In this document: positions 53,576 through 64,000 of the stretch, one piece after another
Numbering within the stretch: the first letter of the stretch is position 1
How the letters are laid out: every line of letters begins with the position of its first letter
The notes under the pieces: model-generated
Databases searched by the model: none
What the model was told of the DNA's origin: nothing
What the model saw: the letters and a program-made list of their open reading frames with translations, nothing else
Assembly (NCBI GenBank): GCA_028534125.1
Contig: CM052818.1
Coordinates: forward strand, 7,750,001 to 7,814,000
Source of the DNA: Lama glama
Taxonomy: Eukaryota
Length of the DNA stretch: 64,000 nt
Reading direction: 5' to 3'
Made by a program: the position numbers and the translations under genes

Positions 53576-56500
53576 ATTTTTGCTAATCATGTGTTGCTTG
53601 CATAAAAAATGTTTTAACTGTTAGAATTTATACATAAACCAGACTTCTCATTAATTATTAAGACTAACCTTGCTTTCATACAACAAAGTAGCTCTTAAAA
53701 TTAAAACAGAAAATATTACTTCTAGAAAACAGAACATTCAGGAGATGTATCAACTAGTTAAACAGTATCATTCTGCATTAAGTTTAATGGATAATAAAGA
53801 GGCCAAAGGGCCTATCACACCCATTTTTTGAGAGTAGAGAAAAGGAATATAACATAAAATCATCATCAAGGACCAAAACATGATTTGACAGGCCTGCCCT
53901 GTAATTTGATATATGTGCACTGAGGTAAAAATTTTGCCCTTGGAAAGGCTTTAAGGTCACTGAGTCCAATTCTCTTATCTTGGAGATGAAACAGGGGCTA
54001 GAGATGCTGACTTGCCTAGCGACACAAGGGCAGTGCCACGCAGGAATCCAAACCTGCTGCCTGGTGCCCTGCTTCTCCTTCCTGGAGGAAGTTCTCCCCC
54101 TTCTCTGTTACAGTGCATTTACCCAGCTTACCACCTCCAAGCTGTATGCCACCAAATTGGAATGAAAACTGGCCAAAACTGAAACATGTCTATTAAGTGA
54201 GGTTATTATGTGAGGTGAAAACTACATATCAGGATAAGCATTCTCTTACACTCTACAACTTTTCCTTCTATATTGTTTATTTTCTGGGCAATGAAAAATC
54301 GAAGAAAGCTTTTATGCACTCTATAAATATTTTATTACCAGGGCTAAGCATTTTACCATTGGCATAAATGAACCCACAATACTTTGTTCTTCTGTTTTCC
54401 TGCACTCTTTGGAAGTTTTAAAATTGTATGCAGGGTTATAACATAAACGAAAAATCACATCAGCCTTTCTTTGCCAGGGCAGCAACCAAAGGAAAACACA
54501 AACTTAAATTACCTTTGTGGCCAAACCAAAGAGTAAGTGGAACTATTGTTAAAGTGAGTGTCCCTAGAATAGTATTTCTTACAATTTGGTGATTAACAAA
54601 TTAAAAAGTAGACTAAGCATAATGTGACTATTTCATATACATGAATACAATCAATAGTGGGGTATTTTAAAGATCTAAGTAAAAGTCACAGAAAAACTGG
54701 GAACTCTCCTGGTTTACATAGGAAAAACCAACAAATATCTAGCAATGGCTTGGAAAACAAAACATTTTGTCGTTTATTTAAGTTAACTAAGACAACATAG
54801 CCAATTTCTCCATGGTTCTCAAAAACAATCCTTAATTGTCAAAATGGTTTGGGGCACAATCAATTTCATTTGGCAAAGACTGAAAGAAATAAACAATGGG
54901 ACTGTTGGCAGGGGAAAAATATGAGCCCCAGACAATTACTTTGCAACAAACTAAAGGAGATGCCTGCACCACCAGTCAAGAGAACTGGGAAACAGTTTGC
55001 AAATGGAGTATTATCCCCTTTCCAACACATAAGCCCAATCAAAAAACACATAAAGTTTAATTTTCTTTAGACAACTTAATAAGTTGTTAATAGAAAGATG
55101 CATGCCTGGCATTAGAATTCTAGAGACCTAAGACAATTAAAAGTCACCATGCCCTGGACAATCAAATCACCCAAGACCAAGATGTCCACAATTCAAACAC
55201 TATTACACCACGTTCCAAATATGATAGTTTAGGGAAGAAAAAAAAAACTTAGTCTGTGTCAAAAGGAAACCTGTCTTTAAAAGAGTTCTGCTTCTAAAGA
55301 GATCCCAAGCAAACAAAAGTGTGGTAAGTGAATCGTATCTCCTCATTCACTAAATCCCAAACCCTCAGAAGATCTCCCCCACAATTTTATTCTAATACTA
55401 CTGGATTTTCTTCACTGGCATAAATTCTGGATATCAGAATGAATTATATTACATAAAGTTAATTCAGTCAACTCTTATTTATTTTTACAGATAACCCAGA
55501 GTTAGTTAGTTTGACTTTCAAATATTTGTTTATATTAACTTTTCAGTAATGATATATTTGACTTTCTGGGAACTCCTAATACCTGCACTTCCACAAAAAG
55601 TACCAAATTCAACTTGGTGGAAACTAGAAAACTACAGTATATTTTTATTACTACATAACATTTTTATTACTAGGTTAACTAAAGTTCCTCACACAAATTA
55701 AGTATCCCATTATTTTAATTAAAGTCACTACAATTCATAAAGTCACTACAATTTTCTATGAAGAAAAATAAATACACAGAATGGTCTCTATGAGGTGATA
55801 ATACAAGAAAACACCTACTGTCCAAAATTAACATCTAATTTCCTTTTAAAGTTGTTTCTCAATTTATCATATTAGAATGGCACTTTTGAGAAGTGTACCA
55901 GTTAATATTCCTTATTTCTCTAACATCCCTTGTCAATTTCTTTTTTTCCTTGAGTAGGCTTCTAAAAATGAAAATCATCCATTTTACTAGAAGAAAGACC
56001 CAGTTAACAAGAACAAAGACAATTTAACCACAGAGATGACAAGATCCATGTTGGAAAAGTCAAAGTTTTCATCAGTTCAACATTGAATTTCTTTTAATTT
56101 TCCATTTATAATTGTGACTCTGAATTTAACTACATCCCTCTCTAGAAATATAATGAATCTACCTACATCTTTAAAAAATGAGGAGTGTGCATTAGTCATT
56201 GCTTTGCTACCTCTAGTTCTGCCTCAAATCCATGCCACAATCCCCTGGGCTGAAAACATCCTAATCATTCAAATAATCAACAACAAGTTAAATTTGGTCT
56301 TAGGACTTGAGAAGAACCAGGCTTAGGCCTGACCCCACAACTAGGCCCCAGAATGCATCTCATCCCTGTATTCAACTGAGACCCGGCCGGTTATAATTAG
56401 CTCAGCTCATCCTTCCTGGTGAGCTGCCATCTACCAAACAGGAATCACTAAAAAGTCTTAATAAAAGAATCCCAATAGAAACGTTGACAGGCCTCTAATA

Positions 56501-57477
56501 CTTTTTTGAGTGACACAAAGGTACTAAAATGTCTTCTCTTGAAATATAAGTATCTTAATTTAAGAATATTAAGGGACATTTTTATATAATTTAGATAAAC
56601 AGCTCCAAAAAAAGTTCCTCTAATATTATAGTATAAGCATATAACAGCCTTAGCTGGCAAGATGACAATAGGCCCAGTGCCATTTATAAATTTCAAATCA
56701 TGCAGGGAGAGTACCCGGTGGCTCAGAACTTTTAAAAAGCAAAATCACAAATGGCACCTATTGACAAACCTGGCAAAAGTCACAGCTGCTGATGACCCCT
56801 GGTACCTCCAACTGCGACAAGAGGCCCCTTCTCACTCACCTAGCAGTCACGTTTATTTAGAATAACTAGGCCCCCTGCAACAACCCCTGAGGTGGAGAAA
56901 ACTAGCAAATGGAGATATAATTCCACAGGCAGGCAGAAGGTGACCTGAGAGCAGAATGCACCAGCTAAGGAATTATGCTATAGTTCCACTAAAGAAGAGC
57001 CTTCTTTAGTGAATCCTAAGTGCCTGAGGAACACAGACTTGGGAGATGCCCAAAAGCTGAACCTTCTTTTGGCCAAAGAATATATACTGAGAACTCTCCT
57101 GCCAATCAACATTAAGTATTTTTAATAACTGAATATTTCTACCTAATAACTTTAGATAATCAAAGTGCTTGAGAATGGAAATGCCCAGCTTTCCTATAAA
57201 GCACACTGCCAAGATTTGGAGGAAGAGATTTAAGCCAAGTGTAGCAACACCAGCTTCCAGGACATTCAAAAACATGTGTGCACAACATGCAGGTATAATA
57301 ACCAGATCTTCTGCACTTCAAGTGCCCACCATAAGAGATGCATGAGAAATCCCAATATAGTGCAACGCATATTTTAAGAGCTAATGATTTTTTGACCAGA
57401 CTGAAACAAAATTGTCACCAACTGTATACTCACATCACTGTTCAAGCTTTCCCCCTCCCATTCCAACACTTAAAAAA

Positions 57478-57607
57478 ATATATATATATTTTATATATAT
57501 AAATATATCTTATATTTTATAAGATATCTTAAATATATTATATATATATATTTATATATATGTGTGTGTGTATATATATATATATATATACACACATATA
57601 TATATAT
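57478..57607. repeat. Compound (TA)n/(TG)n microsatellite
   Basis: Visible directly in the sequence. Confidence 0.95.
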
Positions 57608-60298
57608 CTCAACTCCCAAGTTTCTAGAGGCCTGAACACCAAACCTGGAAAAGGAAAACAAAGGACCATCTTAAGTGCCTTGTTTCTGTTGATGACATGT
57701 GGTTATACTTATGATGGCAATGCTATCTGAAAAGCCACCATTTTAAGAAAAATTAAATTTACTGGCCATCTAATATGTGACTAGTACATTCACATAATTC
57801 ATTTCATTTCAGCCTCTCAAAAACCCTGTGGCATAAATATTAATACTCAATGTTTATTTAAGAAAAAACCGAAGTTCAGAAAAGTTTGAATCCTGTTAGT
57901 AACAGGATTCAAACCTAGGGCCATCCTTTTATCTTTCTTAACATTTCTGTCAGAGGTGTTATTAATAATAACTACAACCAAAAATGTAGGCTAAACTACT
58001 AAGCCCACCACTTCAAGACACCGTATTTCCCCCAGGGATATAATATTATCTTTGCCCACAGGGAACTGACAGTCTAGTTGGAGAAAGAAGCCACTGTTTC
58101 TGATAAGTTTTTAATGTAAGAGGCAACAAAAGGTACTGGAAAGGACAAAAGCTTAGACACCTTTACTTGTGAATTTCAGCACTTACTAGCTGTGAACTTT
58201 GGGTAAGATACTTCAGTTTCCTTACCTGTAAGGTTATGATAAAAATCTACTACCTCTCAGGGCTCCTGTGAAGCTTAATGAGACAACATATGAAAATAGG
58301 TAAGGGGCCTAATATTTGTTCAATCTTTCCTTATGAAGTGGCACAAGCTAAGGGACAATGACTGGAAATATCAATAAATGCTACAGCAAAGATCAAGCAA
58401 TTTGATCTGCTACCAAAAAATTCAAAAACAAAAATTCCATCTCTTACACTTAAAAACTGATCTGTGGAGACAGCAGAGTTACTAGCCAATGAGGGGTATC
58501 ACTTATAACAGCAGCAGAGCTAAACATAGAGAGTTTACACGTGAAGTACAAATTTAAACAATGATAAACAGGTGCAAAATCCTGTTAAAAATTTTTTTCC
58601 GGTGAGGGGAGAGCTGTCTTCTTTTCATGTAAAACTGCCAATTTAAAAGGAAGACTACCAGTTAGAGCAAAATTTGATGGCAACTAAATGTAACACTGGA
58701 TTGAATCATGGAAAAATATTCTGAATAAGTCTGTAGTTAATAGTCATGTACCTACAATAATTTCCTAGTTTTGATATATGTACTATTTTTCAATAAATCT
58801 TAAAGTATTCCAAGATAAAAAGCTTATTCTGTTAAAAGGTGGATGACCAGAGAAAGGAATAACAACATACACAGGTATTGCCATTTGATTTTGAATATCC
58901 TGAAAACAGTTAGCCATTAACAGCAAAGAACGCGACATCAGTTAATGCGTTACCACCCCTGTGAGTTACGCTAAAGCACAACAACAAGGAACACCTGGAG
59001 TTTAATACTATTAACTTTTAAAGAGAAGTGACTTGTCCCCTTTTCTCTAGCATATTCTTGCAATACTGACTTTTTGGTCACTGAATTTTGTTGTTGTAAC
59101 AAAATCAGCAAACTTCTAACAGTTACCTCTACTTTCTGTTCTTGACTAAGACATTTATTCAATCAGAACATAAGAAGCATCTCTCACCACATATAAGGCA
59201 TAACATGAATTTAAAAGTCTAATGACAAGTGACATTTTTGAGCTTATTTCTAAAGGGAGACACAAGTGTCCCATCTGTTTTCATAATAATACACAGTCAA
59301 AATTTCTTTATTATACAAAACTCAAAGAAAGTTAATAAAGTGATGTAAAACCTACTGGGGCATTTTTATGCTCAGAGTCAAATGATGGCAATTACTGACA
59401 ATTTTTTAAAGTACATCTACATTTACTGAGTCACATTAAGTGGTTATGAACTTTATTAGCTGTGTGTTCAGCAAGATGGCTGAAGCTTTCACACTCTGGG
59501 GTCTGCAAGAAAAGAGTTTACTTGCATACCAGAAGGCAAGTGTATGCTACAAACTGGTGTCAGAGGTTTAAGGTAGCACCAATTTCAATGCGTACACATA
59601 CACACACACAACGTTACTGCTTAACTCTGGTGAGAGACATTCCCTGAACCTGTTTTAACATACGTGTAGAATTTAGAGGGCAATTTTTAAATTTCAAAGA
59701 AACCTTAATAATCTTTCCAGATTTCAAAGAAGGAAAAAAAATAAACACAGCAATGCAGCAAAGTCATTTCTCCTGCTGAAATGACCTCCAGCTTCTACAA
59801 GCTACTCCCGGTTTCGCAATAAATGAATCTGAGACTCAGACCACGTACACTCAAACGGAGAAGCTAAGAACACTAAAGCTTCCCCAACAGTCCTGGCAAA
59901 ACCCACCTGCCTTTCCTCAGCCCTCTCAGTTCCCCTTCCCGTCTGCACCCACAGAGTTACCTGGACTTCGACCAGGAGAAGAGAACAGGGATTAATCAAC
60001 AGCAAAAATCCTATTTTACCATCATTTACAGCCACTATCCCGGGGAGCCAGAGTGCTACTAACCTGATTTCAGGGAGGCAGAACTATACGCAGCAGAGTA
60101 CAGGGGGATAAATTATACGTATCTGAAATGCCAACCCAGCAGCCCAAGACAGCTCAAATGTCAATTTAACGAAAAGGGTTTCGCAAATAGTATCTCAAAT
60201 GAACATTTCCACTTTCAAACCACCCACCAACCTCTCGACTGCCAGTACCCCAATTCGGTACTGCTAAAGCAACCCGGGAGATAAGAAGCGTGTCTTAC

Positions 60299-60317
60299 CT
60301 TGTACAAATCTGGACAT
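60299..60317 (-). CDS. UGP2: UGP2 exon 1, coding part (long isoform, MSRFVQ-D)
   Basis: ATGTCCAGATTTGTACAAG|gtaaga. Its phase 1 end matches exon 2, and the total CDS is 1527 nt = 508 aa + stop. Confidence 0.95.
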
Positions 60318-60649
60318 TTTAGGGATTTATTAAAGTACTCTGGCGTTTATATAGATATATTTAAATTTCTAGAGAAGTCACGCTATAAGGCAGGTCTCTC
60401 TTCCACCCCTGCTTTAATAACCGACGAGTTCTTTCTCCTCTTCCTAGGTTTGGCCACTTAAGGGAGTATTTATGCAAAGCGACTGAAACTGCCTCAAAGA
60501 AAAAAAAAAAATACACCCAGGAAAACCTCCTCCACTGCCAAAAGACAGAAACTTGGTGAGACTGAGTCGGCTTGAAACTCCAGCCTACACGGCACCCCTG
60601 ACACAAATAAGGGCCAGCTGGAAACTCCCGGAAAAGGTAAAATCACACG

Positions 60650-61980
60650 AACTTAAATTTCATCAATGAAAGAGGCGGACCTACAGCGGCTACTCCACCG
60701 CCCCCGGGTCCCCACGCCCTCCGGGGCTGGACGGCAGCAGGCACTGGCTGGCCGCACCCCCAGCTCCCCCTCCCCTTGCGGCCGTCCAGCCTCCGGCCGG
60801 TTCCCCGGGAAACCCCGGTCACTAGCGGCCCCCGCCCAAGCAGGGGTCGGGAGGCGGAGGAAGCCGGCAAAGGGGGACGTTGCAACCATTTCTACCAGCC
60901 CATAAATATCCCGGGACTAGGAGGCGCTAAGAATTTGGCGCGCGAGCCGGCCAAGGGCCTCCAGCCCTGCGCCTCCCCGCGGCAAGCAACCCTGCCGCCG
61001 CTCCTTCTCGCGAGGGGCCGAAGCCTCCGGCGCCCCTCCCCCGCAGCGGACACCAGGGCGCCTCTCCGAGGGGAGAACCCGTATGCCGCCCCGAGTCCCA
61101 TGGCTGGGAAACCCGGAGGGCCCTTCCCTCCCCTCACAAATTCTAGTCCCTTCTGCTCTGCGCTCTTTCGAACCCCAAATTCGGCCTCCGGGACCACACT
61201 GCGGGTGAGGGAAAGGGGCTCTACACGCCTCGGAGAGGAAAACACACCCGCCCAAGGAGTGGTGGGAAGCCCTTCCCGGCCCCTCCCCAAACCGCCACGG
61301 AGACCCACCTTCCTCTTTCTCCTTTAGCAGCTGGGAAATTGGGGGCGTTTATGGCGCCCTGGGAAGAAGGCTCGCAAGCTAAGAGAATGTCACCTCTGAG
61401 GCGCCCTTCTCTCTCCCCCGCTCCCCTCACACATGCACACCTCGAAACCCCCGCTAGTGGCTGCAGTCCAGCTGCTGACCCCCTCCGTCCACCTGGCTGC
61501 GGGATCCCGACACCCAAAGCCCCCACTTTCTCCTAAACACCTCCCCTCCCCCTCCATTTGGAGCAGCCCCCCTCAATGCGGAAATGTCCCCGCGGCGCAG
61601 ACAGACAGGCGCAGCCGCCAGTCAGGTGCCGAGGCGGATTCGGGGCCTGGCCAATGAGACGCGCAGAGGTGGCAGGGGCGGAGCGTCTGCGGCTCGAGGG
61701 AGCCCGGCGGAGGTGGGCGCTGAGCCCAGCCTTGGAATCCCGCGCGTAGGAGCCCCACCTCCGGCGTCTGGGCAAGGACTGTTTCACCAGTAAGACTCCC
61801 AAACTTCCACAGACAAGGGAGAGAACCTGAAGCACGAGTGCTTATTTTTTCAGTCCTTAAGAAGTGTTTCCGCTTACCAGAGACTGAAGTTATCTGTCTG
61901 GCGGGTGGAGCCAGAGCACGCCCACAGCAACTCCCCAGAGAGCGCCCCGGCCCTTCTCAGTAGACACAAAGTCTCTTAAT
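60650..61980. promoter_or_regulatory. CpG island / UGP2 promoter
   Basis: Very high GC and CpG density against an AT-rich background. CCAAT at 61651-61655, GC box GGGGCGGAG at ~61675-61683, CAGCTG E-boxes at ~61328 and ~61469. Confidence 0.9.
61309..61500 (-). other. UGP2: UGP2 upstream non-coding first exon (short isoform); 5' end approximate
   Basis: ...CCCAGCTGCTAAAGGAGAAAGAGGAAG|gtgggt donor (61303-61308) inside the CpG island. Resembles the human short-isoform 5'UTR junction as recalled, not checked. Confidence 0.7.
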
Positions 61981-63267
61981 ACAGCTCGTCTCAGGAGGGT
62001 AAAGATGCGTTAAGGAGTAAAGCAGTGGGATGTCTGGGGCACACTAACAGGAGGGGGATTGAGGGCTTCGAAGAAAATGCCAGGTGAAAGCTCTCACACC
62101 CGAAGCACCACCCCGGCTCCTATTCCTGTAAAGATTTCCGCTGTGATAGGCGTTTACTTTTCTGTTTAAAGTGGAAGTGGCTTTAGTTACCCCTCAAGAC
62201 ATGCTTTAATAGATTTTTGAAGTCCTCATGGTAAGAGGACGTTAAAAGAACGTATTCGATGACGTGGGAACTGCAAGAGAGCCAGCCCAGCGCCCGCTAA
62301 ATCACACCTGGTATCGCCAACCCCACCTAACCTGTAAGACCCAGTGCGCCTCGCCTGCCTGTGATTGGGTGTGTCTCAGACTTTACAATTCATGACTCAA
62401 CCTACCTGCATCAGGACAAATAAATTGTCAGCGCTCTCTCTAGGTACCTCCCATAAACCAACTCATTCTCAAGTTTGAGACTATGGACAACACTAATCAA
62501 CCAAGGTAAAGTGAGAATTTTTAAATAACTCATTCTCTAAACAAACTTTTTGTAGCGCTACATATTCGTATGGAAATATTGAAGTAACACAGAAAAGGCC
62601 AGTGATTCATTTGTCATATTGGAGAATGACAACCCTTGGTACTATATTTCATATGTGAAATCCAAAAAGATTACACCCCAAAACATCTCAGCTATAAAAT
62701 GTTTCCCCAAATAAAACCAAAGAAGTGTCTAAAACCCAGATAACTATAGTAACTGCATTTGGAGACTGAAGATCTTAATCAGAATCTCCACATCCTTTGT
62801 GTACAGTGGAGAAGTTGTTCTAGCATTAAATAAGGAGTATTTATCCATCAGCATTAATACCAAATTAAAATACTACCGAAAGATTTGAACCCCACATGAT
62901 TGCTTAACCTGCAAATGACAAAGTTGAAGAGCAATGAAGAGTCTTTAATTATATAAAGTTAATTGTAGAACGAATGATCAGTTATTTTCTGCCTGCACAG
63001 AAGACTGAGGTAGAGGAAGTGAGTTTTAATTGCAGCAAGAGCATTTGGTAATACCTAAGACTGACATCTTGATTTATGAGTGAGCAAATATTGAGATATA
63101 GTACCAAAGGATGGTGCAATTTGCTGCCTCTAGAAATCTCCAAAAAGCAACTACTGGTCTTTAGTGGTTAAGTCTATATCCATCCAGAGGTTGGCTCTTA
63201 GAGAAGTAGCACTGTAGAAGCTCTATTCCCAAATACAATTTCAAATAGTATGCTGTAAAATGAAATT

Positions 63268-63657
63268 TCTTCTTTATTTATTTTTTATTGAAGTACAGTC
63301 AGTTATAATGTGTCAATTTCTGGCATACAGCACAATATACCAGTCATGCATATATACATACATATACTTATTTTCATATTCTTTTTAATTAAAAGTTATT
63401 ACAAGATATTGAATATAGTTCCCTGTGCTATGCAGAAGAAATTTGTTTTTTAATCTATTTTTATATATAGTGGCTAACATTTGTAAATCTTAAACTCCCA
63501 AATTTATCCCTTCTCATGCACTTTCCCTATAACTATAAAATTGTTTACAAGCCTGTTTCTGTTTTGTAGATGAGTTCATAGTGTCCTTTTTTTTTTTTAA
63601 TATTTCACATATGAGCAATACCATATGGTATTTTTCTTTCTCTTTCTGGCTTACCGC
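63268..63657 (-). mobile_element. Young camelid-like L1 3' end running into the terminal N gap
   Basis: tttattgaagtacagtcagttataatgtgtcaatttctgg... is the reverse complement of the family at 33722, and it continues into L1 3'UTR. Confidence 0.85.
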
Positions 63658-64000
63658 NNNNNNNNNNNNNNNNNNNNNNNNNNNNNNNNNNNNNNNNNNN
63701 NNNNNNNNNNNNNNNNNNNNNNNNNNNNNNNNNNNNNNNNNNNNNNNNNNNNNNNNNNNNNNNNNNNNNNNNNNNNNNNNNNNNNNNNNNNNNNNNNNNN
63801 NNNNNNNNNNNNNNNNNNNNNNNNNNNNNNNNNNNNNNNNNNNNNATTNNNNNNNNNNNNNNNNNNNNNNNNNNNNNNNNNNNNNNNNNNNNNNNNNNNN
63901 NNNNNNNNNNNNNNNNNNNNNNNNNNNNNNNNNNNNNNNNNNNNNNNNNNNNNNNNNNNNNNNNNNNNNNNNNNNNNNNNNNNNNNNNNNNNNNNNNNTT

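Noticed and set aside
55720-55754. Small tandem duplication taaagtcactacaatt x2 (similar one at ~44566-44597)
   Set aside because: Ordinary slippage duplications with no sign of function.
60243-60263. Hairpin CAGTACC-N7-GGTACTG just downstream of the exon 1 donor
   Set aside because: A 7-bp stem is expected by chance in 64 kb.
60643-61835. Many overlapping ORFs (up to 183 aa) in the ORF track
   Set aside because: Expected from stop-codon scarcity in a GC-rich CpG island; they give Pro/Gly/Arg-rich translations with no recognisable domain.

Overview
Mammalian genomic DNA from a draft assembly with N gaps at 2892-3048, 6463-6618, 10792-11159, 27213-27312 and 63658-63998. The young L1 3' ends resemble camelid/cetartiodactyl L1, so the species may be alpaca or camel (inference). 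The window holds the 3' end of VPS54 (+ strand). Two of its exons are visible, and the penultimate exon is inferred to lie in the 6463-6618 gap. Convergent with it is the complete UGP2 gene (UDP-glucose pyrophosphorylase 2, - strand): 10 coding exons, 1527 nt including the stop, 508 aa, all GT-AG. UGP2 has a CpG-island promoter, a coding first exon for the long isoform and an upstream non-coding first exon for the short isoform, which starts at Met12. Introns contain typical eutherian repeats (L1, L2, MIR, MLT1, MER20, MER5A, MER58, Tigger). The most unusual sequence is in UGP2 intron 3: (i) a perfect 60-bp copy of exon 4 (the glycine-rich nucleotide-binding loop) 1.47 kb away; (ii) a ~87%-identical ~180-bp duplication 6 kb apart in which both copies keep AG/GT sites around a 75-76 nt cassette that would introduce a premature stop; (iii) a further stop-containing candidate cassette. 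Together these suggest, but do not prove, poison-exon (AS-NMD) control of UGP2. Repeat family names are from pattern recognition, not database searches.
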